64,000 bases of DNA from an uncultured Bifidobacterium sp. (GCA_964427545.1 CAYRUT010000004.1:3638-67637), one strand, 5' to 3'; shown: positions 54,674 to 63,221, counted from the stretch's first letter. Translations and numbers: made by a program. Notes: a model not told the origin generated them from the letters alone.

Positions 54674-55856
54674 CCAGATCGCCGTTGTTCGCGACGCTCA
54701 CCGTGTCGAGACCCAGCCACTGCGCCATCAACACCAGTTCGTCGCTCAGTTCGCTTGCCACATGGCCGACGTCGATGCCAGCCTCACCGAACACGCCCAG
54801 CACGCGCAGCACACCCGCGTGGCGGTCGGCCTTCAGGTCGACACGGGCGACGAGCGAGTCTCCGACCAGGAACGGCAGCACGTAGTAGCCGTACACGCGC
54901 TTCGGTGCGGGCGTGTAGATCTCGATGCGGTAGCGAAAGCCGAACAGACGCTCGATGCGCGGCCTGCACCACACCAACGAGTCGAACGGCGACAGCAACG
55001 CACGTGCCGACACCGAACGCGGAGTGGCGGCACCGGGGAATCTGTAGGCCTGCTCTTTCCACCCCTCGACACGCACCGCCTCGAGTTCGCCCTCTCTCAC
55101 GAGTTCGGCAAGCAATGGCTTGATGCGCGTCGGCGTCTGCCGGTGATAGTCGGCAAGGTCGCCCGCGGTGCCCACACCGAGACTGCGCGCGGCGCGCAAC
55201 AGCAACGTGCGGCGCGATTCGTCTTCTGTCGGCGTCGGTGCGTTCACGATGTGACCCGGCAACGCATCGTCGAGAGAGTGGTACACGCGCGCAAAGTCAC
55301 CGGCGCGTCGACGCGCGGTGATCTCACCGGCCCAGAACAGGTACTCGAGCAGTGCCTTGCCGGTGTCCCAGTCCCACCACGAACCCTTCGGGCCCTTCCG
55401 CGTCTTGACGTCGCCGGCAACGAGAGGCCCGTCGTTGTTGACACGGTCGCGGATCTCGTTCAACAGAGCCCGGTTGTTCTTCGCCGCCCGCACGAGACCG
55501 CCCCACATCTCGCCACGCCGGGCCTGTTCCATGCGCCAACGCAAGAGCGGGTGCATCTCCACCGGCACGTGCGACGCCTCGTGGCACCAGTACTCGAACA
55601 ACTCTGCGTCACGGGTTGCGTCGGGAATCAACGACCTGGGGTGCTCACCGAGGCGCGAGAAAAGCGGCAGTTCCTGGCTGCGGACCAGCACGTTCACCGA
55701 GTCGATCTGGATGATGCCGACGTCGTCGAACACTCTGCGCAGGTGGCGTCTGTCGACGCGCCCCGTCGGTCGAGGCCTGGCGAACCCCTGTGCGGCGAGC
55801 GCCATCCGCCGCGCAGACGCGAGAGAAATCTCAGTCTGCGACTGTGATGGTGACAC
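54642..55856 (-). CDS. Winged-helix DNA glycosylase YcaQ family protein (DUF1006)
   Basis: 404 aa: 'ISLASARRMALAAQGF...GIIQIDSVNVLVRSQELPLFSR...YWCHEAS'. Confidence 0.8.
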   Translation of the reverse strand: MSPSQSQTEISLASARRMALAAQGFARPRPTGRVDRRHLRRVFDDVGIIQIDSVNVLVRSQELPLFSRLGEHPRSLIPDATRDAELFEYWCHEASHVPVEMHPLLRWRMEQARRGEMWGGLVRAAKNNRALLNEIRDRVNNDGPLVAGDVKTRKGPKGSWWDWDTGKALLEYLFWAGEITARRRAGDFARVYHSLDDALPGHIVNAPTPTEDESRRTLLLRAARSLGVGTAGDLADYHRQTPTRIKPLLAELVREGELEAVRVEGWKEQAYRFPGAATPRSVSARALLSPFDSLVWCRPRIERLFGFRYRIEIYTPAPKRVYGYYVLPFLVGDSLVARVDLKADRHAGVLRVLGVFGEAGIDVGHVASELSDELVLMAQWLGLDTVSVANNGDLARPVARLVKG

Positions 55857-56388
55857 TCTTGATCACCACATCGTCGACGGGGCGGTCTCCGCGTGCCGTC
55901 GGGACCTTCTGCATCGCGTCGACGACGTCGAGGCCCTTCACCACCTGACCGAACAGCGAGTACTGCGGCGGCAACTGCACGCCACTCGGGCCCGAGATCA
56001 GGAAGAACTGTGAACCGTTCGTGTTCGGCCCTGCGTTCGCCATTGCAAGTGACCCGATCTGGTACTGGCCGGGCTTCGGCAGTTCGTCCTCGAACCGGTA
56101 GCCGGGCCCGCCCATGCCCGTGCCGGTGGGGTCGCCTCCCTGGCACACGAAACCGTTGATGATGCGGTGGAAGATGATGTCGTCGTAATAGTGGTACGCG
56201 GCGAGGTACACGAAGTTGTTCACGGTCTTCGGTGCGCGTGCGGCGTCGAGGGCGATCACCAGTGTGCCCATCGATGTCTCCATCGTGGCGGTGTAGCGCT
56301 TCGACGGATCGATGCCCATCTCGGGCGGGGCGGGGAACTTCTGGATTTTTTCTGATGAACCGTTGAGCGGCGGGAAGGGCAAAGTCAT
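55831..56388 (-). CDS. Peptidyl-prolyl cis-trans isomerase, cyclophilin type
   Basis: 185 aa: 'FHRIINGFVCQGGDPTGTGMGGPGYRFEDE' and 'LAMANAGPNTNGSQFF'. Confidence 0.9.
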   Translation of the reverse strand: MTLPFPPLNGSSEKIQKFPAPPEMGIDPSKRYTATMETSMGTLVIALDAARAPKTVNNFVYLAAYHYYDDIIFHRIINGFVCQGGDPTGTGMGGPGYRFEDELPKPGQYQIGSLAMANAGPNTNGSQFFLISGPSGVQLPPQYSLFGQVVKGLDVVDAMQKVPTARGDRPVDDVVIKSVTITVAD

Positions 56389-56454
56389 GGGAGCGAGGCT
56401 ACAAGTGCAATGTCATGACACCGTGTTCGTGCGCGAACTTCGGCCGTGCCTACG

Positions 56455-56637
56455 ATGGTCAATGTGAACCCGGAAGAGCCGCTCGACCTCGATGCCGTCG
56501 AACACGACCTGGCGGCGGTCGAGACCGCACTGCAGCGCCTCGACGACGGCACCTACTGGAACGACGAGGTCACAGGACAGCCGATCGACCCCGCGCACCT
56601 CGCCGCGAACCCCACGGCGCGGCGGAACCCGCAGTAG
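56455..56637 (+). CDS. Small DksA/TraR-like protein lacking the C4 zinc finger
   Basis: 60 aa from ATG 56455 (GTG 56446 also possible). It is GC3-rich. 'ALQRLDDGTYWNDEVTGQPIDPAHLAANPTARR' aligns to the TraR/DksA pattern L.R..dGtYG.C..CG..I...RL.a.P.a, with all Cys replaced. Confidence 0.45.
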   Translation: MVNVNPEEPLDLDAVEHDLAAVETALQRLDDGTYWNDEVTGQPIDPAHLAANPTARRNPQ

Positions 56638-56643
56638 TTCGCG

Positions 56644-57450
56644 TCAGTTCTCGCGCAGTTTCGCGAGCAGACGCAGGATCTCGAGATACAGCCACACCAG
56701 CGTGACGGTGACGCCCAGCGCGCAGTACCACTCCATGTGGGCCGGCAACTTGTTTGCTGCGCCGCGTTCGATGGTGTCGAAGTCGAGGGCAAGGTTGAAC
56801 GCGGCGAGTCCGGCGACGAACACGCTGAATCCGATGCCCATCGGGCTCGCATCGTTGATGAACGACGGCATGTTCCCGAACAGCCCGAGCACGAACGAGA
56901 CAAGGTAGAAGGCCATGAGGCCGAGCATCGCCCCCATGATCACCCGACGGAACTTCTCGTTCACGGTGATGACACGGCTGCGGTAGAGAAGCAACATCAC
57001 CACGAAGACGCCCGCGGTGGTGCCGATTGCCTGCATCACGATGCCGCTGTAGGCCTCTGAATACGCGCGGCTGATCGCGCCGACGACGACACCCTCGGCC
57101 AGTGCGTACACGGGGGCCGCGAACTTTGCGAGGTGCGGTCTGACCGATGCGACGATGACCGACACGAGTCCGACGATGAATCCTGCAATCACCCAACCGG
57201 TCGGGAACCGGATGACGTCGCCCGGCAACGGTTCTGCGATCGACATCCACGTGACGGTTGCCGACGCGAGAATCAGCACGAGCAGCATGAGCGTTGCCGA
57301 TGCAGTGCCGCGCACGGTCATGATGCCGCCGTCCCAACGGGTGACCGGACCATCAGTCATCGGTTCGGTGGTGGGCGGTGCCCACGTGTTGTTGGGTTGA
57401 TCCAGATTGCCGAGGCCGAGGGCCTTGTCATTGAGCAGAGGGTTTGCCAT
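56644..57450 (-). CDS. Bax inhibitor-1/YccA family membrane protein
   Basis: ATG at 57450 (MANPLLNDKALG). Seven hydrophobic segments and the C-terminal 'LYLEILRLLAKLREN', typical of BI-1. Confidence 0.85.
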   Translation of the reverse strand: MANPLLNDKALGLGNLDQPNNTWAPPTTEPMTDGPVTRWDGGIMTVRGTASATLMLLVLILASATVTWMSIAEPLPGDVIRFPTGWVIAGFIVGLVSVIVASVRPHLAKFAAPVYALAEGVVVGAISRAYSEAYSGIVMQAIGTTAGVFVVMLLLYRSRVITVNEKFRRVIMGAMLGLMAFYLVSFVLGLFGNMPSFINDASPMGIGFSVFVAGLAAFNLALDFDTIERGAANKLPAHMEWYCALGVTVTLVWLYLEILRLLAKLREN

Positions 57451-57475
57451 GCCCAAAAACTAACTGTTTTCGGGC
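57451..57475 (-). promoter_or_regulatory. 10-bp stem / 5-nt loop hairpin abutting the BI-1 start codon
   Basis: gcccaaaaac-taact-gttttcgggc. As minus-strand RNA all 10 pairs form, one of them G-U; as plus-strand RNA the same position is an A-C mismatch. No Shine-Dalgarno is visible upstream of the ATG. Confidence 0.4.
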
Positions 57476-57477
57476 AT

Positions 57478-57505
57478 TTCTTGGTGGCAGAACCGGCAAT
57501 AACTT
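57478..57505 (+). promoter_or_regulatory. Possible promoter of the sigma-factor gene (-35 TTCTTG, 16-nt spacer, -10 TAACTT)
   Basis: Located in the AT-richest intergenic stretch of the window, about 80 nt upstream of the GTG at 57585. This is a pattern match only. Confidence 0.2.
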
Positions 57506-57584
57506 TTTGTTACCGCACAACTGTTGCGGTGCCGAACCCACTCGGTATCCTGCCCGTATCCGCCCCTTGTGGGAGGCGAAAAAG

Positions 57585-58532
57585 GTGAGGTATCGAGTGG
57601 CAAAAGACAGGATTGACCGCGACGAAGAGGACCTCGTCAGGCTCTACCTCACCGACATCGGTCAGTACACCCTGTTGACCAAAGACGACGAAGTGCGTCT
57701 TGCCAAGGCCATCGAAGCCGGAAAAATCGCCGCCGCCGAGATGGAGAAGTCGAAGACCATCGCGGCAGCCAAGCGTCGCGAACTCCGCAGGGCGATCCGC
57801 GAGGGCGAGGTCGCCGAGCGCGCCTTCGTTCAGTCGAACCTGCGCCTTGTCGTGTCGATCGCAAAGAAGTACCAGGCCTCGGGTCTCCCGCTTCTCGACC
57901 TCATCCAGGAGGGAAACCTCGGCCTCATGCACGCCGTCGAGAAGTTCGACTGGCGCAAGGGATTCAAGTTCTCCACCTACGCAACGTGGTGGATCCGCCA
58001 GGCCATCACCCGCGGAATCGCCAACACGGGCCGCACCATCCGCCTTCCTGTCCATGCCGGTGACACGCTCGCACGCCTGCAGAAGGCACGTTCGCGCCTC
58101 GAGCTCAAGTTCGGTCGCCCCGCGACACTCGCCGAACTGGCCAAGGAAGTCGAGATGCCGGAAGACAAGGTCACCGAGGCCCTGCGCTTCGCTGCCGAAC
58201 CTCTTTCATTGTCCGAGCCCCTGCGTGAAGACGGCGATGCCGAACTCGGCGACGTGGTCGAAGACCGTTCGGCTGAGTCTCCCTTCGAGGCCGCGGCCAC
58301 GTCACTGCTGCCCGAAGAGATCCAGAAACTTCTCTCGCCTCTCGACGAGCGCGAGCGCGAGATCCTGAAGCTTCGTTTCGGTCTCAACGGCGGAGAGGGT
58401 CGCACCCTCGAGGAAGTCGGCGAGCACTTCAACCTCACACGCGAGCGCATCCGTCAGATCGAGGCACGCGCGATGAGCAAGTTGCGCCACCCGTCGTCTG
58501 ACACCGGCGCGCGCGATCTTCTGTCGGTCTAG
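57585..58532 (+). CDS. RNA polymerase sigma-70 family factor (RpoD/HrdB-SigB group)
   Basis: GTG at 57585, 8 nt after GGGAGG. Region 2 'LIQEGNLGLMHAVEKFDWRKGFKFSTYATWWIRQAITR', region 3, and region 4.2 'LEEVGEHFNLTRERIRQIEARAMSKLRH'. At 315 aa with a short N-terminus, it looks like group 2. Confidence 0.9.
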   Translation: MRYRVAKDRIDRDEEDLVRLYLTDIGQYTLLTKDDEVRLAKAIEAGKIAAAEMEKSKTIAAAKRRELRRAIREGEVAERAFVQSNLRLVVSIAKKYQASGLPLLDLIQEGNLGLMHAVEKFDWRKGFKFSTYATWWIRQAITRGIANTGRTIRLPVHAGDTLARLQKARSRLELKFGRPATLAELAKEVEMPEDKVTEALRFAAEPLSLSEPLREDGDAELGDVVEDRSAESPFEAAATSLLPEEIQKLLSPLDEREREILKLRFGLNGGEGRTLEEVGEHFNLTRERIRQIEARAMSKLRHPSSDTGARDLLSV

Positions 58533-59515
58533 ACAGACTTCGGCAACGGACGCGCGATCCGTGCGATGCCGTCGAGAGCAGTCACGATGCCGATGCCGAG
58601 CATCGCGGGAATCATGATGCGCGCCATCCACGGCCAGTCGAGACCCGGCACGTACGCCGCGCGCACCTGGTCGTAACACAGCCACGAAACGATCACCAGG
58701 GCGGCACCCGCGCCCGCATTCAGACTCACGGCAACGTAATGACCGCCGTCGCGACGTGATGCCCCGATCGCGAGACCGGCAATCACCAGCGTGCCCGCGC
58801 TGAACATCAACATCACGGGTGTGATGCGCGCACCCTCCGGAAGACCGGTGAACTCGAGATACCCGACGGCCATGCCGCAGACAGCCGACACGGCGGCGAG
58901 CCACAGAAAGACCCTCCGTCGCGTCAGTGCGAGGGCGACAGTGAGCAGCATCGCGGGCACACCGACCAGCCACCAGGCCATGCTCGCCTTCTCACGTACG
59001 TACAGGGTGCCCGACACGAGAACCCTCTTGCCGGCAACGATCATCGGGATCTTCCAGTCGAGCACACGACCGCTCCCGTCGATCGCGCTCGGCGGTTTCG
59101 GGCTCATCCAGTGCGACCTGTGGTCGTGCCACATGGCGACACCATCGGTGCCGGTGACTTTCCAGTCGGGGGTGCCCGACGTGTCGACGTTCGAGACGTC
59201 GACGTTCCCGTAGCGATCCCCGTTCAACACCGAGGTCACCGATGCCTCGTTGACCTCGACGACTCCCTCGGGCGAGATTCGCAGGTACTGCTCGTCGTCG
59301 TACCCGTGCACTTCAACCCGCACGCCGTCCGACTCGATGCGCACGAACGTGTCACCGCCCACGATGCTGACCCGCACGCCGTCGGGCAGCGCGGGAGAGA
59401 TCCCGGTGATCACCGACACCGTGTTGCGCGGTTGCACACTGTCACCCGAACCGATGTGCGCCGGGGCGAGGGAGACGACCGACAGCAATCCGAGCAACGC
59501 GCGCACGGTTGACAC
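58529..59515 (-). CDS. Membrane protein with an N-terminal beta-rich ectodomain and 5 TM segments, unknown function
   Basis: GTG at 59515 gives the signal peptide VSTVRALLGLLSVVSLAPA followed by HIGSG. His-rich motif 'WHDHRSHWM'. The C-terminal half is hydrophobic. Confidence 0.55.
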   Translation of the reverse strand: MSTVRALLGLLSVVSLAPAHIGSGDSVQPRNTVSVITGISPALPDGVRVSIVGGDTFVRIESDGVRVEVHGYDDEQYLRISPEGVVEVNEASVTSVLNGDRYGNVDVSNVDTSGTPDWKVTGTDGVAMWHDHRSHWMSPKPPSAIDGSGRVLDWKIPMIVAGKRVLVSGTLYVREKASMAWWLVGVPAMLLTVALALTRRRVFLWLAAVSAVCGMAVGYLEFTGLPEGARITPVMLMFSAGTLVIAGLAIGASRRDGGHYVAVSLNAGAGAALVIVSWLCYDQVRAAYVPGLDWPWMARIMIPAMLGIGIVTALDGIARIARPLPKSV

Positions 59516-59554
59516 GGTACTGCCGGACCGCCGGTGGGTACATAGTCTGTTGAA

Positions 59555-60535
59555 ATGACCACGGAAAATACCGACCTCGTGTTGTTGGTGAGCGACAACG
59601 TCTGGCAACGGGAAGAGGCCGCCATCCGTGCGATTGCGCCGTCGGTGACACCGGTGATCTATGTCGGCGACGAGCCGGTCGACGACGGCATCATCCCCTC
59701 GATCAATGCCGCGTTCTACTCGAGCGACCTGTGGCCCGAACGATCACGGGGAATCGCACTCTCGATACTGAAGGCCACCAACCTGAAGTGGCTGCACACG
59801 TTCTCTGCCGGTGTCGACAACCCGTTCTTCGTGCAGTTGATGGAACGCGGGGTGAGACTCACCAATTCGTCGGGTGCAACCGCCTCGCCGATCGCACAGA
59901 CCGCGATCCTCTACATGCTGGCTCTCAGCCGCAACGTACGCGCATGGCTGGCGCACCAGGATGCCCACGAATGGCAACGCCACGAGTTTGCAGAGCTCGA
60001 CTCGGCCAGCCTCGCCGTGATCGGCATGGGCCCTATCGGCAACGAGATTGCCCGCCTGGGCGTCGCGTTGAACATGGACGTGAAGGGAATACGCCGCACT
60101 CCCGTCGGTGACGAACCCTGCCCGACGTTCACGTTTGCCGAACTCGACACTGTGCTTGCCGGTGCCGACTGGGTGGCGGTCGCGTTGCCCTTGACGCCCG
60201 ACACCCGCGGCATCTTCGACGAAAAACGGTTCGGTGTGATGAAGAAGGGGGCGTTCTTCGTCAATGTCGGCCGTGGCGAACTTGTCGACGAGCCCGCGAT
60301 GGTCCGTGCCCTGCAGTCGGGGCATCTCGCCGGTGCCGGGCTCGACGTGTTCGCCGTCGAACCGTTGCCCGACGACTCGCCACTGTGGGACATGCCGAAC
60401 GTGCTCATCACGCCGCACAGTTCCGGCGCGTCGCCGTTGTCGGGTCGCCGCGCAGAGAAGATCTTCGTCGACAATCTCCGGCGTTGGGTGTCGGGTGAAC
60501 CCCTGCGCAACGAAGTGGGTCCCCCTTCCCGCTGA
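59555..60535 (+). CDS. D-isomer-specific 2-hydroxyacid dehydrogenase family protein
   Basis: 326 aa. NAD site 'AVIGMGPIGNEIA', plus 'FVNVGRGELVDE' and 'ITPHSSG'. Confidence 0.85.
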   Translation: MTTENTDLVLLVSDNVWQREEAAIRAIAPSVTPVIYVGDEPVDDGIIPSINAAFYSSDLWPERSRGIALSILKATNLKWLHTFSAGVDNPFFVQLMERGVRLTNSSGATASPIAQTAILYMLALSRNVRAWLAHQDAHEWQRHEFAELDSASLAVIGMGPIGNEIARLGVALNMDVKGIRRTPVGDEPCPTFTFAELDTVLAGADWVAVALPLTPDTRGIFDEKRFGVMKKGAFFVNVGRGELVDEPAMVRALQSGHLAGAGLDVFAVEPLPDDSPLWDMPNVLITPHSSGASPLSGRRAEKIFVDNLRRWVSGEPLRNEVGPPSR

Positions 60536-60577
60536 ACTGCGGGGGGCACACATGACCTCCGTTCACCGAGGAGGGTC

Positions 60578-61222
60578 ATGTCCATCATCTTCACGTCACC
60601 CAAAGCGGGCAACGGAACCACCGTCACTGCCGCGGCGCATGCGTTGTTGTCGGCCCATCGCAACGTGCGCACGGTGCTCATCGATCTGTGCGGCGACATT
60701 CCCGCGGTCATGGGAATGCCCGAGCCGAACGACGCAGGCGTGAACGACTGGCTGTCTGAGTCGTCATCGTCGGGTCCGACGAACCTCATGTCGTGCGGAG
60801 TCGAGGCCGAACCTAACCTGCTCGTCGTACCGCGCGGTCGTCAGTTCATCGAGGGAGAACCACGCTGGGCGGCACTCGCGGGCTTCATCGCAGACAGCCC
60901 GCACCATGTCGTGGTCGACGCCGGCGTCGCCTCTCTTCCGGCAGTGCTGCGCGAATGCGGTGCAACCATCGCGACGGTGGTGCGGCCGTGTTATCTCACT
61001 CTCAGACGCGGTGTCGTGCTGCCCCGGCCCGTCGATGCCTACATCGTCGACGAAGACGGCAGGGCGCTCACCGTCAACGACGTCGTCCATGTTCTCGGCG
61101 CGCACCGCCACACCGTGGTGCCCCACTCTGCCGCCATCGCACGGGCGGTCGACGCAGGCCTCCTGCCCTCCCGGGTCGACCAGTTGTTCGGCGACCATCT
61201 GGCGACACCGTCACTCGGGTGA
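60578..61222 (+). CDS. CpaE/TadZ-like (MinD/ParA-fold) pilus-locus protein with a degenerate P-loop
   Basis: 214 aa. 'IIFTSPKAGNGTTVTAAA' sits where KGGxGK[ST] is expected. Its position immediately upstream of tadA, with which it is coupled, matches the actinobacterial 'secretion-neighbourhood CpaE-like' arrangement. Confidence 0.55.
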   Translation: MSIIFTSPKAGNGTTVTAAAHALLSAHRNVRTVLIDLCGDIPAVMGMPEPNDAGVNDWLSESSSSGPTNLMSCGVEAEPNLLVVPRGRQFIEGEPRWAALAGFIADSPHHVVVDAGVASLPAVLRECGATIATVVRPCYLTLRRGVVLPRPVDAYIVDEDGRALTVNDVVHVLGAHRHTVVPHSAAIARAVDAGLLPSRVDQLFGDHLATPSLG

Positions 61223-62097
61223 CATTCGGACTCTCCCCGATCCAGCCGTTTCTCGATTCAGGAGACGTGCGCGAGATCATGGTCGTCAACGGCGGGCATC
61301 TCTGGGTCGACGACCACGGGGGAATCCGCGAGGCGGGGCACCTCACAGCGACACAGGTGGCGCTGCTCATCGAGGGAATCGCGAGGGCATCCGGACGCCG
61401 GGTCGACACTCTTCACCCCGTTCTCGATGCCGCACTGCCCGACGGCTCGCGTGCGTGCATTGTTCTGCCCCCTGTCGCCCGGCACGGAGCAAGCATCAGT
61501 ATCCGCAAGTTCCCGTCGCGTGTGTTCCCTCTCGCCGCCTTCGGCCCAGAGGCACGGTGCGACGAAGTGAGAGCCCTCGTTGCATCACGGCGCAACGTGG
61601 TGGTGTCGGGGGCCACCGGTTCGGGGAAGACCTCCCTCGTGTCGACGGTGACCCAGTTGTTCGCACACAACGAGCGCATCGTGTGCCTCGAGGACACCGC
61701 CGAGATCAAGTGCGCACATAACCACTTCGTCAGCCTGCAGACACGGCCCGCAAACCAAGAGGGCGCCGGCGAGGTCACGCTGCACGACCTCGTGCGCACC
61801 AGTCTGCGCATGCGCCCCGACCGGTTGATCGTGGGTGAGGTGCGCGGTGCAGAGGTTGTCGACATGGTGCTCGCACTCGGGTCGGGCCACACCGGATGCT
61901 GGTCGACGCTGCATGCCGCGTCTGCGGCCGACACCGCAGAACGTCTGGTTGCGCTCTTGCTGCGCCACCATCATCAATGGTCGGCAAGTGACGCACGCAG
62001 TCTCGTCGCATCGGCAATCGACACGGTCGTGCACGTGTCACGAACGCCGGGTGGCCGCCGCGCGATCACCGACATCGTTCACGTGCGGGGGTCGTAG
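61219..62097 (+). CDS. tadA: TadA/CpaF-type secretion ATPase (compact form)
   Basis: GTG at 61219 overlaps the upstream stop (GTGA). Walker A 'SGATGSGKTS', Asp box 'IVCLEDTAE', Walker B 'RLIVGEVRGAE' and His box 'GHTGCWSTLHA'. 292 aa. Confidence 0.85.
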   Translation: MTFGLSPIQPFLDSGDVREIMVVNGGHLWVDDHGGIREAGHLTATQVALLIEGIARASGRRVDTLHPVLDAALPDGSRACIVLPPVARHGASISIRKFPSRVFPLAAFGPEARCDEVRALVASRRNVVVSGATGSGKTSLVSTVTQLFAHNERIVCLEDTAEIKCAHNHFVSLQTRPANQEGAGEVTLHDLVRTSLRMRPDRLIVGEVRGAEVVDMVLALGSGHTGCWSTLHAASAADTAERLVALLLRHHHQWSASDARSLVASAIDTVVHVSRTPGGRRAITDIVHVRGS

Positions 62098-62102
62098 TCG
62101 CC

Positions 62103-63221
62103 ATGGCGCGGATTGCGTTCGTCGTGCCGGTTGCCGTGGCCATCGCGTCGTTTCTCGCGCCACGCATGTTCACGATGTTCGACCGACGATCGACACGACA
62201 ACGATTCACCGTCGGCAGGCCCCCTGTCGACACAGCCGTGCGCAGGCACCATGCGACCACCGACATGTCTGCCCACGACATGTGCGAACGTCTCGCTGCA
62301 TCGGTGTTGACGGGCCACCAGTCCCGCGATGCGCTGGCGGCCCTGGCATCTGCCGACGGTGTGCCCCCGGTGCTGACCCTCGCCTGCCGCAGGCACCTCG
62401 AGTCGCCCGAGCCGTTCGGCTCGGTGGTTCACCGGGTGAGACTCGATCTGGCCCCGACACAGCTCTGCGACTTCGGCGCTCTTCTCTCACTGTGTGTCGC
62501 CGACGGGGTCTTCGTGCCGGGTGCACTGCGACAGGCGGCCCGGTTGCTGAGGTCTGATGCCGAGTTGCAACGACACATCTCGGCCCAGACCGCACAGGCA
62601 CGGCTCACCATGCGGGTGCTGTCGTTTCTACCCGTCGGGTTTCTGTGTCTCGGTGCAGCAGCGTCGACCGCGTTCAGGTTGGCTGTTGTCTCTGCGGTGG
62701 GTCTCGTGTGCCTGTCGGTTGCCGCGGCGCTCAACATATGCGGCTGGTTGTGGACATCGCGGCTGATGGCGGCAGTGTGGCCGTCGCCCGTAGAACGTGA
62801 TGCACACCTGTTGACTCTGGCGTTCTGTGTGTCGCTGAACGCGGGTCACTCGATTGTCGGCGCGTGCCTGAACCTCGGCGACGTGAACGCAAGCGGCAGC
62901 AGAATCACCCGTCGCCTGCAGCAGAACGCCCCGCTGGAGAACGCCCTCGAGGTGTTGGTTCACGATTTCGGCGACACCGGAGAGATGCTCAGGCGTGTCA
63001 TCGTCGACTGCGCATCGAGCGGACTGCCGCTTCACGACTCCGCAGAGCAGATCGCGGCCTCTCTCGGGCAACGCCGCACCCACACGGTCACGACGCGTGC
63101 ACAGCAACTCACCACGAAACTCAGCATCCCGGTCGTGCTGTGCATGCTGCCGTCGTTTGCCCTGGCCGTACTCATGCCGCTGCTCATCGCGAGCATGTCG
63201 TCGCTCGCCGCATCGACATGA
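62103..63221 (+). CDS. Fused TadB-TadC-like (two T2SSF-type halves) pilus platform protein
   Basis: A single uninterrupted 372-aa ORF. Each half has a cytoplasmic helical segment followed by TM helices: 'GALRQAARLLRSDAELQRHISAQTAQARLTMRVLSFLP' and 'SAEQIAASLGQRRTHTVTTRAQQLTTKLSIPVVLCMLP'. Confidence 0.6.
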   Translation: MARIAFVVPVAVAIASFLAPRMFTMFDRRSTRQRFTVGRPPVDTAVRRHHATTDMSAHDMCERLAASVLTGHQSRDALAALASADGVPPVLTLACRRHLESPEPFGSVVHRVRLDLAPTQLCDFGALLSLCVADGVFVPGALRQAARLLRSDAELQRHISAQTAQARLTMRVLSFLPVGFLCLGAAASTAFRLAVVSAVGLVCLSVAAALNICGWLWTSRLMAAVWPSPVERDAHLLTLAFCVSLNAGHSIVGACLNLGDVNASGSRITRRLQQNAPLENALEVLVHDFGDTGEMLRRVIVDCASSGLPLHDSAEQIAASLGQRRTHTVTTRAQQLTTKLSIPVVLCMLPSFALAVLMPLLIASMSSLAAST

